The notes: generated by a model from the sequence alone, not told the origin. A stretch of DNA of 32,000 nt from an uncultured archaeon (GCA_964551375.1 CAZKBG010000001.1:630001-662000); one strand, 5' to 3'. Counted from the stretch's first letter, positions 8,547 to 17,569 are shown. Numbers and translations: made by a program.

Positions 8547-8855
8547 ATGAATTATAAAGGACAAGGCGCAATAGAATACTTACTACTACTCGCAGCAGCG
8601 GTTGTTGTCGTAGCGGTTGTAATATCATTTATGATAAGCACAGTAGAACCTGTGACAGGAGCCGGAGGAAAACAAACATACGATTATATTTGCAAACAAT
8701 TAGACACTAATGATTTAGTTTGTGGATGCTACTTAAAGACATCAACAAAAGGCGAACTGTTAAACACAGGAGCATACCAGCCTGCAACAAAAGCATACTG
8801 CAACGAAGGTCTCCCTGAAGGACAAAACACAGATCCTTTACTTGACTGGGACTAA
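8547..8855 (+). CDS. Class III signal peptide pilin with 4-Cys C-terminal domain
   Basis: MNYKGQGAIEYLLLLAAAVVVVAVVISF; C-terminus has YICKQ, LVCGC, YCNEG. Confidence 0.83.
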   Translation: MNYKGQGAIEYLLLLAAAVVVVAVVISFMISTVEPVTGAGGKQTYDYICKQLDTNDLVCGCYLKTSTKGELLNTGAYQPATKAYCNEGLPEGQNTDPLLDWD

Positions 8856-8876
8856 AAGAAACAGCAAGGTTTTTTT

Positions 8877-9050
8877 ATGGAAGAGAGAGCACAAGTAGCA
8901 TTTGAGTACCTCTTGACTGCGGCTTTTGCAATAATGCTTGCTGTGTTCTCCGCCCTGATTGTTGAGACGCTAAGAAGCGTGGCGCTTCAGGCGCAGGCAG
9001 ATATTTTAACAACAAGAGCGAAAGTTGTTGAAAATATCATGACAAACTAA
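8877..9050 (+). CDS. Small class III pilin-like protein (57 aa)
   Basis: Manual translation: MEERAQVAFEYLLTAAFAIMLAVFSALIVETLRSVALQAQADILTTRAKVVENIMTN. Missing from the supplied ORF track. Confidence 0.78.
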   Translation: MEERAQVAFEYLLTAAFAIMLAVFSALIVETLRSVALQAQADILTTRAKVVENIMTN

Positions 9051-9113
9051 TTTTTGGTTTTCCAAAACCAGCAAACAAGTAAAGATTAAAAACAGCTAAC
9101 ACTTAATCATAGC

Positions 9114-10226
9114 ATGCAAGAAATCATCTATTATCTTCCAATAATTATTTCTGTTATTGGATTAATTATTGCAACTTACACTGATCTTAAAGCAAGAATA
9201 GTGCCCAATACTTTAAACTACGGGCTTGCAATAATCGGCGTCTTGTTATTTGGAGTAATTTCCATAATTGAGTGGAACTCAATGCCAATAGTGCTTTCAA
9301 TCCTTGGACTTTGTTATGGATTTTTCTTCGGATGGATAATGTGGAAAATAGGAGTATTTGCAGGAGGGGATGTAAAATTATTCATGGGGCTTGGAGCACT
9401 TAATCCATTTACTCCCGCATTACTAAAAGCAGGACTTTTAACAAACGCAAGCGTCCCATTATTTCCAATAACATTATTTTTGTACTCACTTGTGTGCTTT
9501 TTGCCATACGGAATATTTGTAATGATATACAGAGTTTCAAAGAATAAAAAATTCCAAAAAGAACTATACTACGAAATGAAACCAAAAGTAATACTTGCAA
9601 TAGAAACAGCAATATTTGCTTCAGCGGTTTATGTAATACTTGACTTTATTAAATTCAACACATGGGCAGTGATTCCAATAATTATTGTTTGGGGATTTTT
9701 AGGAAAGAAAAAAGTTTACCCAATGATAATTGCGCTTCTTGCAGCAGCAGTGCTGGGGCCAAAACTTCTCCTGACTTCACTTGCAGCAGCAATGATATTA
9801 AGCGTTGGAGCGTACACGCTTGTTAAATTAATGCTCACAACAAGAAAAGTGCTTACTACTGAAATCGAGGTAAAAAAACTTGAAGAAGGAATGATTCCAG
9901 CAAAAAGCCTCGCATGGAAAGGAAAAAAAATTATTGAGCTTGAAGGAATTGATTACAAACTAATAATAAAATACATAAAAGAAGGCAACACAAACGCAAT
10001 AAAAAAAATGTTCTCTCCAAAAGACGAGCTTATTTCAGCAAGAAAAGCAAGAGGACTAAGCGATGATGAACTAAAAGAAGTCAAAAAACTCGCAGCGAAA
10101 GGATTAATACCTAAAAAGATGCTAATAAAGGAGAGCATGCCCTTTGTGCCGACAATGCTACTGGGGTACTTGCTTTGCCTAATCGCAGGAGATTTGGCAT
10201 TATTAATGTTAATAGGTGTATTTTGA
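9114..10226 (+). CDS. Archaeal A24-family prepilin peptidase (EppA/FlaK-like) with C-terminal extension
   Basis: Catalytic Asp contexts TDLKARIVPNTLNYG and FAGGDVKLFMGLG (GxGD-like); multi-TM; surrounded by class III pilins. Confidence 0.88.
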   Translation: MQEIIYYLPIIISVIGLIIATYTDLKARIVPNTLNYGLAIIGVLLFGVISIIEWNSMPIVLSILGLCYGFFFGWIMWKIGVFAGGDVKLFMGLGALNPFTPALLKAGLLTNASVPLFPITLFLYSLVCFLPYGIFVMIYRVSKNKKFQKELYYEMKPKVILAIETAIFASAVYVILDFIKFNTWAVIPIIIVWGFLGKKKVYPMIIALLAAAVLGPKLLLTSLAAAMILSVGAYTLVKLMLTTRKVLTTEIEVKKLEEGMIPAKSLAWKGKKIIELEGIDYKLIIKYIKEGNTNAIKKMFSPKDELISARKARGLSDDELKEVKKLAAKGLIPKKMLIKESMPFVPTMLLGYLLCLIAGDLALLMLIGVF

Positions 10227-10679
10227 ATGCAAAGGGGACAAACAGTGCTTGAGTTTTTGTTCTTAATACTTATAATAATTGTTTATATCACAGCAACAAT
10301 TGTTCCGCTCACAAAAGACGCGGGGGCGGCTGTAACTGACACGGAAATAATTGCAAGGGCAAACAATGAAACCCAAAAAATAACGAATATTATTAATGAA
10401 GTTGCAAGAATGAGCAACGGAGCAAGACAGAATATTACAGTGTTTGTTCCGGACAGGACAACAATAACATGCAATGACAAAAACTTTTCATTTGATGTAA
10501 ATCTATCCCTAAAACCATACCCTGCGCAGTGCAATTCAAACGGAACATGCACAAAATTCTTTATTACCGCACAAAACGCACCCGTAAATTGCTCTCTTAA
10601 GCAAATAATCGGGCCAAGCAAAAAGCAAATCCTGATTGAAAAAGTGGACAATAATGTTGTTTTCACGCTTGGAAGCTGA
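10227..10679 (+). CDS. Class III minor pilin-like protein
   Basis: MQRGQTVLEFLFLILIIIVYITATIVPL; start abuts the peptidase stop; 4 Cys. Confidence 0.75.
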   Translation: MQRGQTVLEFLFLILIIIVYITATIVPLTKDAGAAVTDTEIIARANNETQKITNIINEVARMSNGARQNITVFVPDRTTITCNDKNFSFDVNLSLKPYPAQCNSNGTCTKFFITAQNAPVNCSLKQIIGPSKKQILIEKVDNNVVFTLGS

Positions 10680-10684
10680 CTTTG

Positions 10685-11005
10685 ATGAATAAGAAAGGAC
10701 AAACGGCATTTGAAGCGCTATTTTTATTTGTAATAGTTCTTACTGGAGCGATTGCAACAATCAGCTTTTACACACAAACTCAAGACGACACTTCCGCGCT
10801 ATTAATTGCAAGAGCTGAAGCAAACAGACAGCTTGCTGAAAAAAAGACAAATAATATAATTGAAGAAATAAAAATGACAAAAAGCACTATTGACACAAAT
10901 ATTAACATAAAACTAAGCCCTTACATTGATTTGAATAAATCAGCAATAAAAAACGCAATAGAAGGCAAAACCTCTTTTAAAAATGTTAAAATAAATGTTG
11001 AATAA
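10685..11005 (+). CDS. Class III minor pilin-like protein
   Basis: MNKKGQTAFEALFLFVIVLTGAIATISFY. The ORF track starts at TTG 10682; ATG at 10685. Confidence 0.75.
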   Translation: MNKKGQTAFEALFLFVIVLTGAIATISFYTQTQDDTSALLIARAEANRQLAEKKTNNIIEEIKMTKSTIDTNINIKLSPYIDLNKSAIKNAIEGKTSFKNVKINVE

Positions 11006-11076
11006 CAACTTCTTCTTTTTCGGCAACTAACGAAAACTAACACAGCTATTTTTAAGCATCGCAAGACAATGCCAGC

Positions 11077-11421
11077 GTGGACGACAAAACCATTTCAAAA
11101 ATCTGCCTTATTGTAACCATAATCGGAATACTGCTGTTTGTATTTTCCTATCAGGAAGAGTTCACAAAAAAAAGCATTGGGCAGATTAACTTAAGAGAAG
11201 GAGAAAAAGGAGCTGTGTTTGGAAGAATTGATTATGTAATCAAAAACTACCCAGTTACTTTATTTGTTCTTACTGACGGCAACAAAGCAACTATTTACTA
11301 TCCAAAAGCAACAACACTTAAAACAAACGATTTTGTGACAGCATACATCGAAAACAAAATTGAACAAAAAGATGAACCTGAAACTAATATGCTATTCGCC
11401 CACAAAGTGGTGAAAGAATGA
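11077..11421 (+). CDS. TM-anchored OB-fold-like protein
   Basis: N-terminal TM, then GAVFGRIDYVIKNYPVTLFVLTDGNKATIYYPKATTLKTNDFVTAYIENKI, a beta-rich pattern consistent with an OB fold; stop overlaps the next start (ATGA). Confidence 0.5.
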   Translation: MDDKTISKICLIVTIIGILLFVFSYQEEFTKKSIGQINLREGEKGAVFGRIDYVIKNYPVTLFVLTDGNKATIYYPKATTLKTNDFVTAYIENKIEQKDEPETNMLFAHKVVKE

Positions 11422-12581
11422 TTATTCTCTTCTGCATCGCAGGGATGCTGATTGGAATAATTGCAGGACTAATCCCTGGGCTGCATTCAAATAATATTGC
11501 AGTCATAATAAGCGCAAGCCCGTACTTTGGAATAGAAATATGCGCCTTTGTCTTAAGCATGTGCACCGTGCAAGTGTTTATTGAATTTATCCCTTCAACT
11601 TTTTTAGGCGCAACAAGCGAAGCGACATTTGAATCAGTGCTTCCAGCGCACAGAATGCTCCTTGAAGGAAAAGCATACGAAGCAATATGCCTCACAACAC
11701 TTGGGGCAATAATTGCTTTTATTTTAGGAGCAATTTTAACCCCCTGGTTTTTTGCATACCTTGAAACAAATTCGCAGGAAATAATCCAAATCACGCCAAT
11801 AGTGCTTATTTTTGCGCTCATAGTATTTCCGCTAAGCGAAAAGGGCTGGAAAAATAAACTCACAAGCATATTTGTGATAATCGCAGCAGGAACACAAGGG
11901 TATTTATTCAACGGACAAATTTTTCCATTAATAACAGGATATTTTGGAATAGCAGGAACTATTTACTCTTTAAAAGAAGAAAACTATCTTCAAAAGCAAA
12001 CGCTTGAAGTTAAAATAAAACTAAATGAAATAAAAAACGCGCTTGTGGGAATGATTGGCGGAGCGATTGTGGCAGTAATGCCTGGAATCGGGAGCAACAC
12101 CGCGGGAGGAATAATTAATATTTTTAGAAAAAATACTGATTCACGCGGATACTTAACAATGCTTGGAGCAATAAACGCATCCAATTTCTTTTTTTCATTT
12201 GCAACGCTTTTTGCTCTGTCAAAAGCAAGAAACGGAGGAATGCTTGCAATTAAAGACAAAATCTTTGCAACTCCGGCTATGATGACTTATGGAACAGAAA
12301 TAATGCTAATCTCAGCAGGAATTGGCGGATTTATTGCAATCCTGATTGCAAAAAAAGCAACACAAATAATAAAACCAACTTTAGTAAAAAAACTTGGAAT
12401 AATCACAATTATATTTATGATAATTCTTGTAGGAGTAATAAACGGAGCAATTGGGCTTATTGCTTTATTCTTCTCAACCGCGCTCGGGTTATTTACAATC
12501 TCCTCAAAAATAAGAAGAAGCACCATGATGGCGTCGCTTATCGTACCAGTGCTGTTTTTCTACATTTTCATACTGACTTAA
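11418..12581 (+). CDS. TctA-like (DUF112/COG1784-type) multi-TM membrane protein
   Basis: GMLIGIIAGLIPGLHSNN and the repeated half-motif GMIGGAIVAVMPGIGSNTAGG, typical of the TctA family. Confidence 0.8.
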   Translation: MIILFCIAGMLIGIIAGLIPGLHSNNIAVIISASPYFGIEICAFVLSMCTVQVFIEFIPSTFLGATSEATFESVLPAHRMLLEGKAYEAICLTTLGAIIAFILGAILTPWFFAYLETNSQEIIQITPIVLIFALIVFPLSEKGWKNKLTSIFVIIAAGTQGYLFNGQIFPLITGYFGIAGTIYSLKEENYLQKQTLEVKIKLNEIKNALVGMIGGAIVAVMPGIGSNTAGGIINIFRKNTDSRGYLTMLGAINASNFFFSFATLFALSKARNGGMLAIKDKIFATPAMMTYGTEIMLISAGIGGFIAILIAKKATQIIKPTLVKKLGIITIIFMIILVGVINGAIGLIALFFSTALGLFTISSKIRRSTMMASLIVPVLFFYIFILT

Positions 12582-12585
12582 GCAT

Positions 12586-12948
12586 ATGTGGAAAGTAAAA
12601 AAAAGCCTGCTTGAAGATTTGTGCAAATCAGCGCAAATGTACTACCCTGATGAATTCCTGTGTTTTTTGGGCGGAGATTCTAAGAAAATGGAAATAACTG
12701 AAATAATATTTTTACCCACTCAAACTGATGAAATGAGCGCAAGCATTATGGAATCCACAATGCCATACGACCCAACAATTTTAGGGAGCGTGCACTCGCA
12801 CCCTGATTCAATAGGGGCGCCAAGCGGGGCAGACAAAAAGTTTTTTTCAAAATACGCTATAAATGCAATAATTGGATACCCATTTATTGTTGAAAATATC
12901 GCTTTTTTTGATTCAAAATCAAAACCAGCGCGGGTAACAATAGAATAA
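12586..12948 (+). CDS. Stand-alone JAB/MPN (JAMM) metallopeptidase-like protein
   Basis: JAMM motif complete: Glu in YPDEFLCFLGG, then GSVHSHPDSIGAPSGAD (HxHx7SxxD). Confidence 0.85.
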   Translation: MWKVKKSLLEDLCKSAQMYYPDEFLCFLGGDSKKMEITEIIFLPTQTDEMSASIMESTMPYDPTILGSVHSHPDSIGAPSGADKKFFSKYAINAIIGYPFIVENIAFFDSKSKPARVTIE

Positions 12949-13022
12949 TTAAAATAATCCAGAATATACACCGTAAATTAAGCCCCCAGAAAAGTTAAAA
13001 GGACAAAATACATTATTTTAGC

Positions 13023-13445
13023 ATGCAAAAAGGCCAATTAAGCATTGACTTGCTTGTTACACTAATCCTTGTGCTAATCATAATAAGCGGAATTACGCTT
13101 GTTATAAGCACTTACTCCACAGGCGCGGATAATTTGACTATTACACAGCAATTAAATTATGGCGCTCAAAACACAGCAGCCTTAATCACCACAACCCAGA
13201 TGATTTCTGACTCAAAGTTTACTATTGATTTAAAACTCGGCAGAATAAGCTACACGGATGAAAGGAAAAATAACAAACTTGAATACCCTGATGTTGCAAT
13301 AATTGACCAAAATACAATCCGCCTATCAAAAACAGTGCGAGGGACAATTTACTCTGCAAGCGCGCCGTTTTATAAAACTCCAGATACAAACATTAACCTA
13401 ACACTTGCCCAAACAAACGGAATACTGGTGATTTCAAATGAATAA
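13023..13445 (+). CDS. Minor pilin-like protein
   Basis: MQKGQLSIDLLVTLILVLIIISGITLVISTY; variant class III site with D at +5. Confidence 0.68.
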   Translation: MQKGQLSIDLLVTLILVLIIISGITLVISTYSTGADNLTITQQLNYGAQNTAALITTTQMISDSKFTIDLKLGRISYTDERKNNKLEYPDVAIIDQNTIRLSKTVRGTIYSASAPFYKTPDTNINLTLAQTNGILVISNE

Positions 13446-13941
13446 GGGGCAGGTATTCTCGACTGATATGCTGATTGGAATGGTCCTCATACTTTTAGGA
13501 ATAGGCTTCCTTGGCTCAATGATGGAATTTAATCTTTACAACACAAAACAACAGTACAATATCAATGAATTCAACCAAAAAACAGAAACCGCAGTATTAA
13601 CCCTTGTAAATTCACCCTGGAGCGCATGCTATGTAGACGGAACATTTTTGCCTTACTCAATAAGCCCCGCAAAATTAAATTCAATAGGAAGCGCGGGAAT
13701 TAAACAAAGACTGGGATTAAGCGATTACAATGTAAATATAACAATAGGTAGCGGATTTGGAACAGAAACTATTATTGGAGATGCGCCAAACGGAGCGATG
13801 GTCGGAGCAATTGACTTGAATATTATAGTATGCCACAAATCAGCAGGATTTGGAGATTTGAACAAATGCATGCGAAACGGAACAGCGTGCGAAAATGACA
13901 AAACTGATTATAACATATTATTTGTGAAGGTGAGCAAATGA
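13438..13941 (+). CDS. Minor pilin-like protein
   Basis: MNKGQVFSTDMLIGMVLILLGIGFLGS; translationally coupled overlap; 4 Cys. Confidence 0.62.
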   Translation: MNKGQVFSTDMLIGMVLILLGIGFLGSMMEFNLYNTKQQYNINEFNQKTETAVLTLVNSPWSACYVDGTFLPYSISPAKLNSIGSAGIKQRLGLSDYNVNITIGSGFGTETIIGDAPNGAMVGAIDLNIIVCHKSAGFGDLNKCMRNGTACENDKTDYNILFVKVSK

Positions 13942-14216
13942 AAAAAGGATTTATTTTCTCAACTGAAGCAGTGGTTACAATAATAGTAATACTTGCAGTG
14001 GCATCAATATTCTCCATGCAGCAGACGGGAATAGAAAACAAAACAACAGCAATGGAAATACAAAACAATTCGCAGGAATCAGCGACGCTTTACTTTAATT
14101 TAGCTCCAACACAGCCAAATCCTTACAACAAAGAAGTTTACTGCTCGCAGGTAACAAGATACAACCAGCCGGCAAAAGTATTTGAAGACAGAAACGTATG
14201 CAGGGGATTTAAATGA
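13938..14216 (+). CDS. Minor pilin-like protein
   Basis: MKKGFIFSTEAVVTIIVILAVASIFSM; ATGA-type overlap; 2 Cys. Confidence 0.6.
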   Translation: MKKGFIFSTEAVVTIIVILAVASIFSMQQTGIENKTTAMEIQNNSQESATLYFNLAPTQPNPYNKEVYCSQVTRYNQPAKVFEDRNVCRGFK

Positions 14217-15280
14217 AAGGATTTGGAGGAATAGTAATTGCATTCGCAATAGTTGCCGCAGCGGCGCTTTTGTTAACAATAAATATCACTACAATAAATT
14301 CTTACTCGTATAAAGAAATAGTGCCTGAAGCCAAACAAACAATCGCAAACTTTGAACTTGTATTAAACCACGCTGCGGAAGACTGCAACTGGGAGCTTGG
14401 AGTGGGGCAACTGCAAAACTGCATTGACTCAAACGCGGCTTCAATACTTGCAAGAATGAACGCCACCGGCGGAGTAAAGTGCACAAAATTAAATAACGCT
14501 ATTCCAGAATCCGACCTTTACACTTACAAATTTGATGTCAACTGTTCAATTGGAACAATTACAGGAAGCAAAAGCCAGGTAAATTTACGAACAAGCAATA
14601 AAATCTTTGTCGGAAAAACAAATAAATATCATGAGCTAAAAACAACCGATACCAATCTGTTCAATGGCGTTGTCGGACTATGGCACCTAAACGGAGACGG
14701 GGCTGATTACAGCGGAAGAGAAAAACATGCAAACAGCATAACTGCAAGTTCTGCTATGGACAGAAACCAGAATCCAAACGGAGCTTATTCATTTGACAAA
14801 ACACAAGGAATTTTTATAACAAAGCCATTTGGGGCGGGATTTATCGGCACAAGCGCAACTATTTTAGTGTGGGCAAAAATGCAAAACACAGGAAATTCAA
14901 TAAAAGCCCCAATCATTGACTTTTACAACAACACTACTGGACTGCACGGCGCATCAATTGTGCAGAAAAAATCTAACGAAATAACTTTTGATTTTGGAAA
15001 CGGGGCAAATGACACAATAACATATGCAGGGCTTACTGGAAACTGGGTAAGTTTAGTTATGACATATAACCAGGCAACACTAAACACTTACATAAACGGC
15101 TCAAAAACAACAAAAGCAAAAAACGGGGCAATTATGATGAATGATTATAATTTAAACATTGGATACAGCCCAGAGGGCTCCACAAGAGATTTTAACGGAA
15201 TGATTGACGAAGTCATTATCTGGAATAGAGTGCTGACTGACAGCGAAATACAAACCCTGCTAAAAAGACAAACAGGCTAA
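14213..15280 (+). CDS. Membrane-anchored LamG/concanavalin-A-like domain protein, candidate pilus-associated adhesin
   Basis: N-terminal TM FGGIVIAFAIVAAAALLLTINI; LamG hallmarks VVGLWHLNGDGADYSG and YNLNIGYSPEGSTRDFNGMIDEVIIWNRVLTDSEI. Confidence 0.8.
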   Translation: MKGFGGIVIAFAIVAAAALLLTINITTINSYSYKEIVPEAKQTIANFELVLNHAAEDCNWELGVGQLQNCIDSNAASILARMNATGGVKCTKLNNAIPESDLYTYKFDVNCSIGTITGSKSQVNLRTSNKIFVGKTNKYHELKTTDTNLFNGVVGLWHLNGDGADYSGREKHANSITASSAMDRNQNPNGAYSFDKTQGIFITKPFGAGFIGTSATILVWAKMQNTGNSIKAPIIDFYNNTTGLHGASIVQKKSNEITFDFGNGANDTITYAGLTGNWVSLVMTYNQATLNTYINGSKTTKAKNGAIMMNDYNLNIGYSPEGSTRDFNGMIDEVIIWNRVLTDSEIQTLLKRQTG

Positions 15281-15319
15281 AAGTCCTGCTTTTTATTCTT
15301 TTTCATTAGAAATATTTTT

Positions 15320-17071
15320 ATGAATTCAAAGAAAAGAATCGCAGTAATTGACTACGAGTCATGCAATTATGACAACTGCGGAAATTACCTTTGCGAGAAA
15401 GTATGCCCTGTAAACAGAACTGGAAAGAAATGCATAGTGCACGAGCCGCTCCAAAAGCCGATAATTTCAGAAGAACAATGCATTGGATGCGAAATATGCC
15501 AAAACAGATGCCCTTTTCGCGCAATAAGCATTGTAAATATAGCGTTTAACCTTGACGAGCCGATACACTCATTTGGAAAAAATCAATTTAGATTACACGG
15601 ACTTCCAATTCCAAAAGAAAAATCAGTGCTTGGAATAGTTGGAAGAAACGGAATAGGAAAAACAACAATAATGAAAATACTCTCGGGCGCAATAATACCA
15701 AATTTCGGGCAAAAAGAAGCAAGCAAAGACAAAGTGATTGAATTTTACAGAGGAAAAGAAGCCCAGGGATTTTTCAAAAAGGTTTATGGAAAGGGAATAA
15801 AAATTGCAACAAAACCCCAGAATATTGAATCAATAAAACCTGAAGGCACGGTAATCCAATTACTTGCAAAAATTGCAGGCGCAGAGAAAGCAATTGAAGC
15901 GGCAAAAGCGCTTAACATTGAAGGAATACTTGACAGAGACGCTTCAAAACTATCAGGCGGAGAATTTCAAAAAGTCGCAATTGCAGCAACCGGATTAAAA
16001 GAAGCTGAAGTTTATTTCTTTGATGAACCAAGCTCATTTTTGGATATACGCGAAAGACTAAGAGCTGCCAAATATATCCGAAGCATTGCAGAAAGAGCAA
16101 GCGTGCTTGTTGTAGAACATGACTTAGTTCTCCTTGATTACTTATCCGATTATGTGAACTTAATGTACGGAAAACCAAGAGTATACGGATTCAGCTCGCA
16201 GATAAAAACAACAAGGGAAGGAATCAATATTTACCTTGAAGGGTATTCCAAAGACGAAAATTACCGATTCCGAGATTATGAAATTGACTTTTTCACACAC
16301 CAGAGAAAAGAAAAGAAAGAGCGAAAAGACACTATCATCAACTGGCCGGATATTACTAAAAAACTTGGAACATTTAATTTAGAAGTTAATGCAAACACTG
16401 TTAAAAGAAACGAAATCATAGGAGTAGTTGGGCCTAATGGAATAGGAAAAACAACTTTTATGAAAATACTTGCGGGGGAATTAACTCCAGACAATACAAA
16501 ACTTGAAAACAAAGTTAAATTTTCATATAAACCGCAGTACATTTCATACACTGGAGAAAAAACCGTTTCAGAACTATTTGAAGCAGGAGTAATTCCTGAA
16601 ATAAGACAAAGCGTGCTCCGCCCTCTTGAACTTGAAGAACTTTTGGAGAAAAAAGCAAAACACTTATCAGGCGGAGAAATGCAGAGAATAGCAATCGCGA
16701 TATGCTTGAGCAAAAAAGCTGATCTTTACCTTCTTGACGAGCCAAGCGCAAACCTTGATGTTGAACAAAGAATTGCAGTGGGAAAGGCGATTAAAAATCA
16801 CATTGATATTACTGACTGCTCCGCAATGGTAATTGACCACGATTTGACATTTGTTGATTACTTAAGCGACAAAATAATGGTGTTCAACGGAGAAAGCGCC
16901 AAAAACGGAATTGCTGAAGGGCCGTTTGATGTTGAAGACGGAATGAATATGCTTCTAAAAAACCTTGATATTACAGTAAGACGAGACAAGGACTCAAAAA
17001 GACCAAGAATTAATAAACATGATTCAGTTCTTGACAGGGAACAAAAGCAAGAAGGAAAATATTATTACTAA
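15320..17071 (+). CDS. ABCE1/Rli1 ribosome recycling ATPase
   Basis: N-terminal 4Fe-4S Cys motifs (CIGCEICQNRCPF), two ABC domains: GRNGIGKTTIMK/LSGGEFQK and GPNGIGKTTFMK/LSGGEMQR. Confidence 0.96.
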   Translation: MNSKKRIAVIDYESCNYDNCGNYLCEKVCPVNRTGKKCIVHEPLQKPIISEEQCIGCEICQNRCPFRAISIVNIAFNLDEPIHSFGKNQFRLHGLPIPKEKSVLGIVGRNGIGKTTIMKILSGAIIPNFGQKEASKDKVIEFYRGKEAQGFFKKVYGKGIKIATKPQNIESIKPEGTVIQLLAKIAGAEKAIEAAKALNIEGILDRDASKLSGGEFQKVAIAATGLKEAEVYFFDEPSSFLDIRERLRAAKYIRSIAERASVLVVEHDLVLLDYLSDYVNLMYGKPRVYGFSSQIKTTREGINIYLEGYSKDENYRFRDYEIDFFTHQRKEKKERKDTIINWPDITKKLGTFNLEVNANTVKRNEIIGVVGPNGIGKTTFMKILAGELTPDNTKLENKVKFSYKPQYISYTGEKTVSELFEAGVIPEIRQSVLRPLELEELLEKKAKHLSGGEMQRIAIAICLSKKADLYLLDEPSANLDVEQRIAVGKAIKNHIDITDCSAMVIDHDLTFVDYLSDKIMVFNGESAKNGIAEGPFDVEDGMNMLLKNLDITVRRDKDSKRPRINKHDSVLDREQKQEGKYYY

Positions 17072-17093
17072 AAACAGGTTTTTTAAATTAAGC

Positions 17094-17516
17094 CTAATCA
17101 AAAAGAGCCTTTTTTGAAATCGGTGCAAGAGAAGAAGGGACAATTTCATTTTTTGGAATAAAAATAATCGCTGAATGATCCCCGCTTAATTTTATTTTCC
17201 CATCAATGCCGCACAAATAAACAGTTAAACAAACATTTGACTTTTTACCGCGAAAAACAGAAGAAAAAGAAACCTGCTTTAATAGTTTAATTGAAGAACA
17301 ACCGCAGTCAGTCTCCTCAAGAACTTCCCTTTTAATGGTATCAAGAGGAGTTTCCCCGGGCTCTGATTTCCCGCCAGGAAGCTGCCATTTATTCACATAC
17401 AAATCATTTGCCTTGCTTCGCTTAAGAAGAAGAACTCCGTTGCCGGTTTCAATTATGGCTTCAGAAATGCAAATTTGACTCTTTTTGGCACCATTTGGCA
17501 ATTTGGCTTTAGGCAT
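17094..17516 (-). CDS. Nudix hydrolase
   Basis: Near-canonical Nudix box GKSEPGETPLDTIKREVLEETDC (G to D at the penultimate conserved position). Confidence 0.88.
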   Translation of the reverse strand: MPKAKLPNGAKKSQICISEAIIETGNGVLLLKRSKANDLYVNKWQLPGGKSEPGETPLDTIKREVLEETDCGCSSIKLLKQVSFSSVFRGKKSNVCLTVYLCGIDGKIKLSGDHSAIIFIPKNEIVPSSLAPISKKALFD

Positions 17517-17569
17517 GCATTAATGAGGGTTAAAATGAATTTAAAACAATATCCCGCTGAAAAATAATT

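Noticed and set aside
11384-11911. 175-aa minus-strand ORF inside the TctA-like gene
   Set aside because: Shadow frame of a membrane protein gene; long only because stop codons are rare antisense to this codon usage.
15912-16751. ORFs antisense to ABCE1
   Set aside because: ABCE1 is highly conserved over this span; the translations are low complexity.
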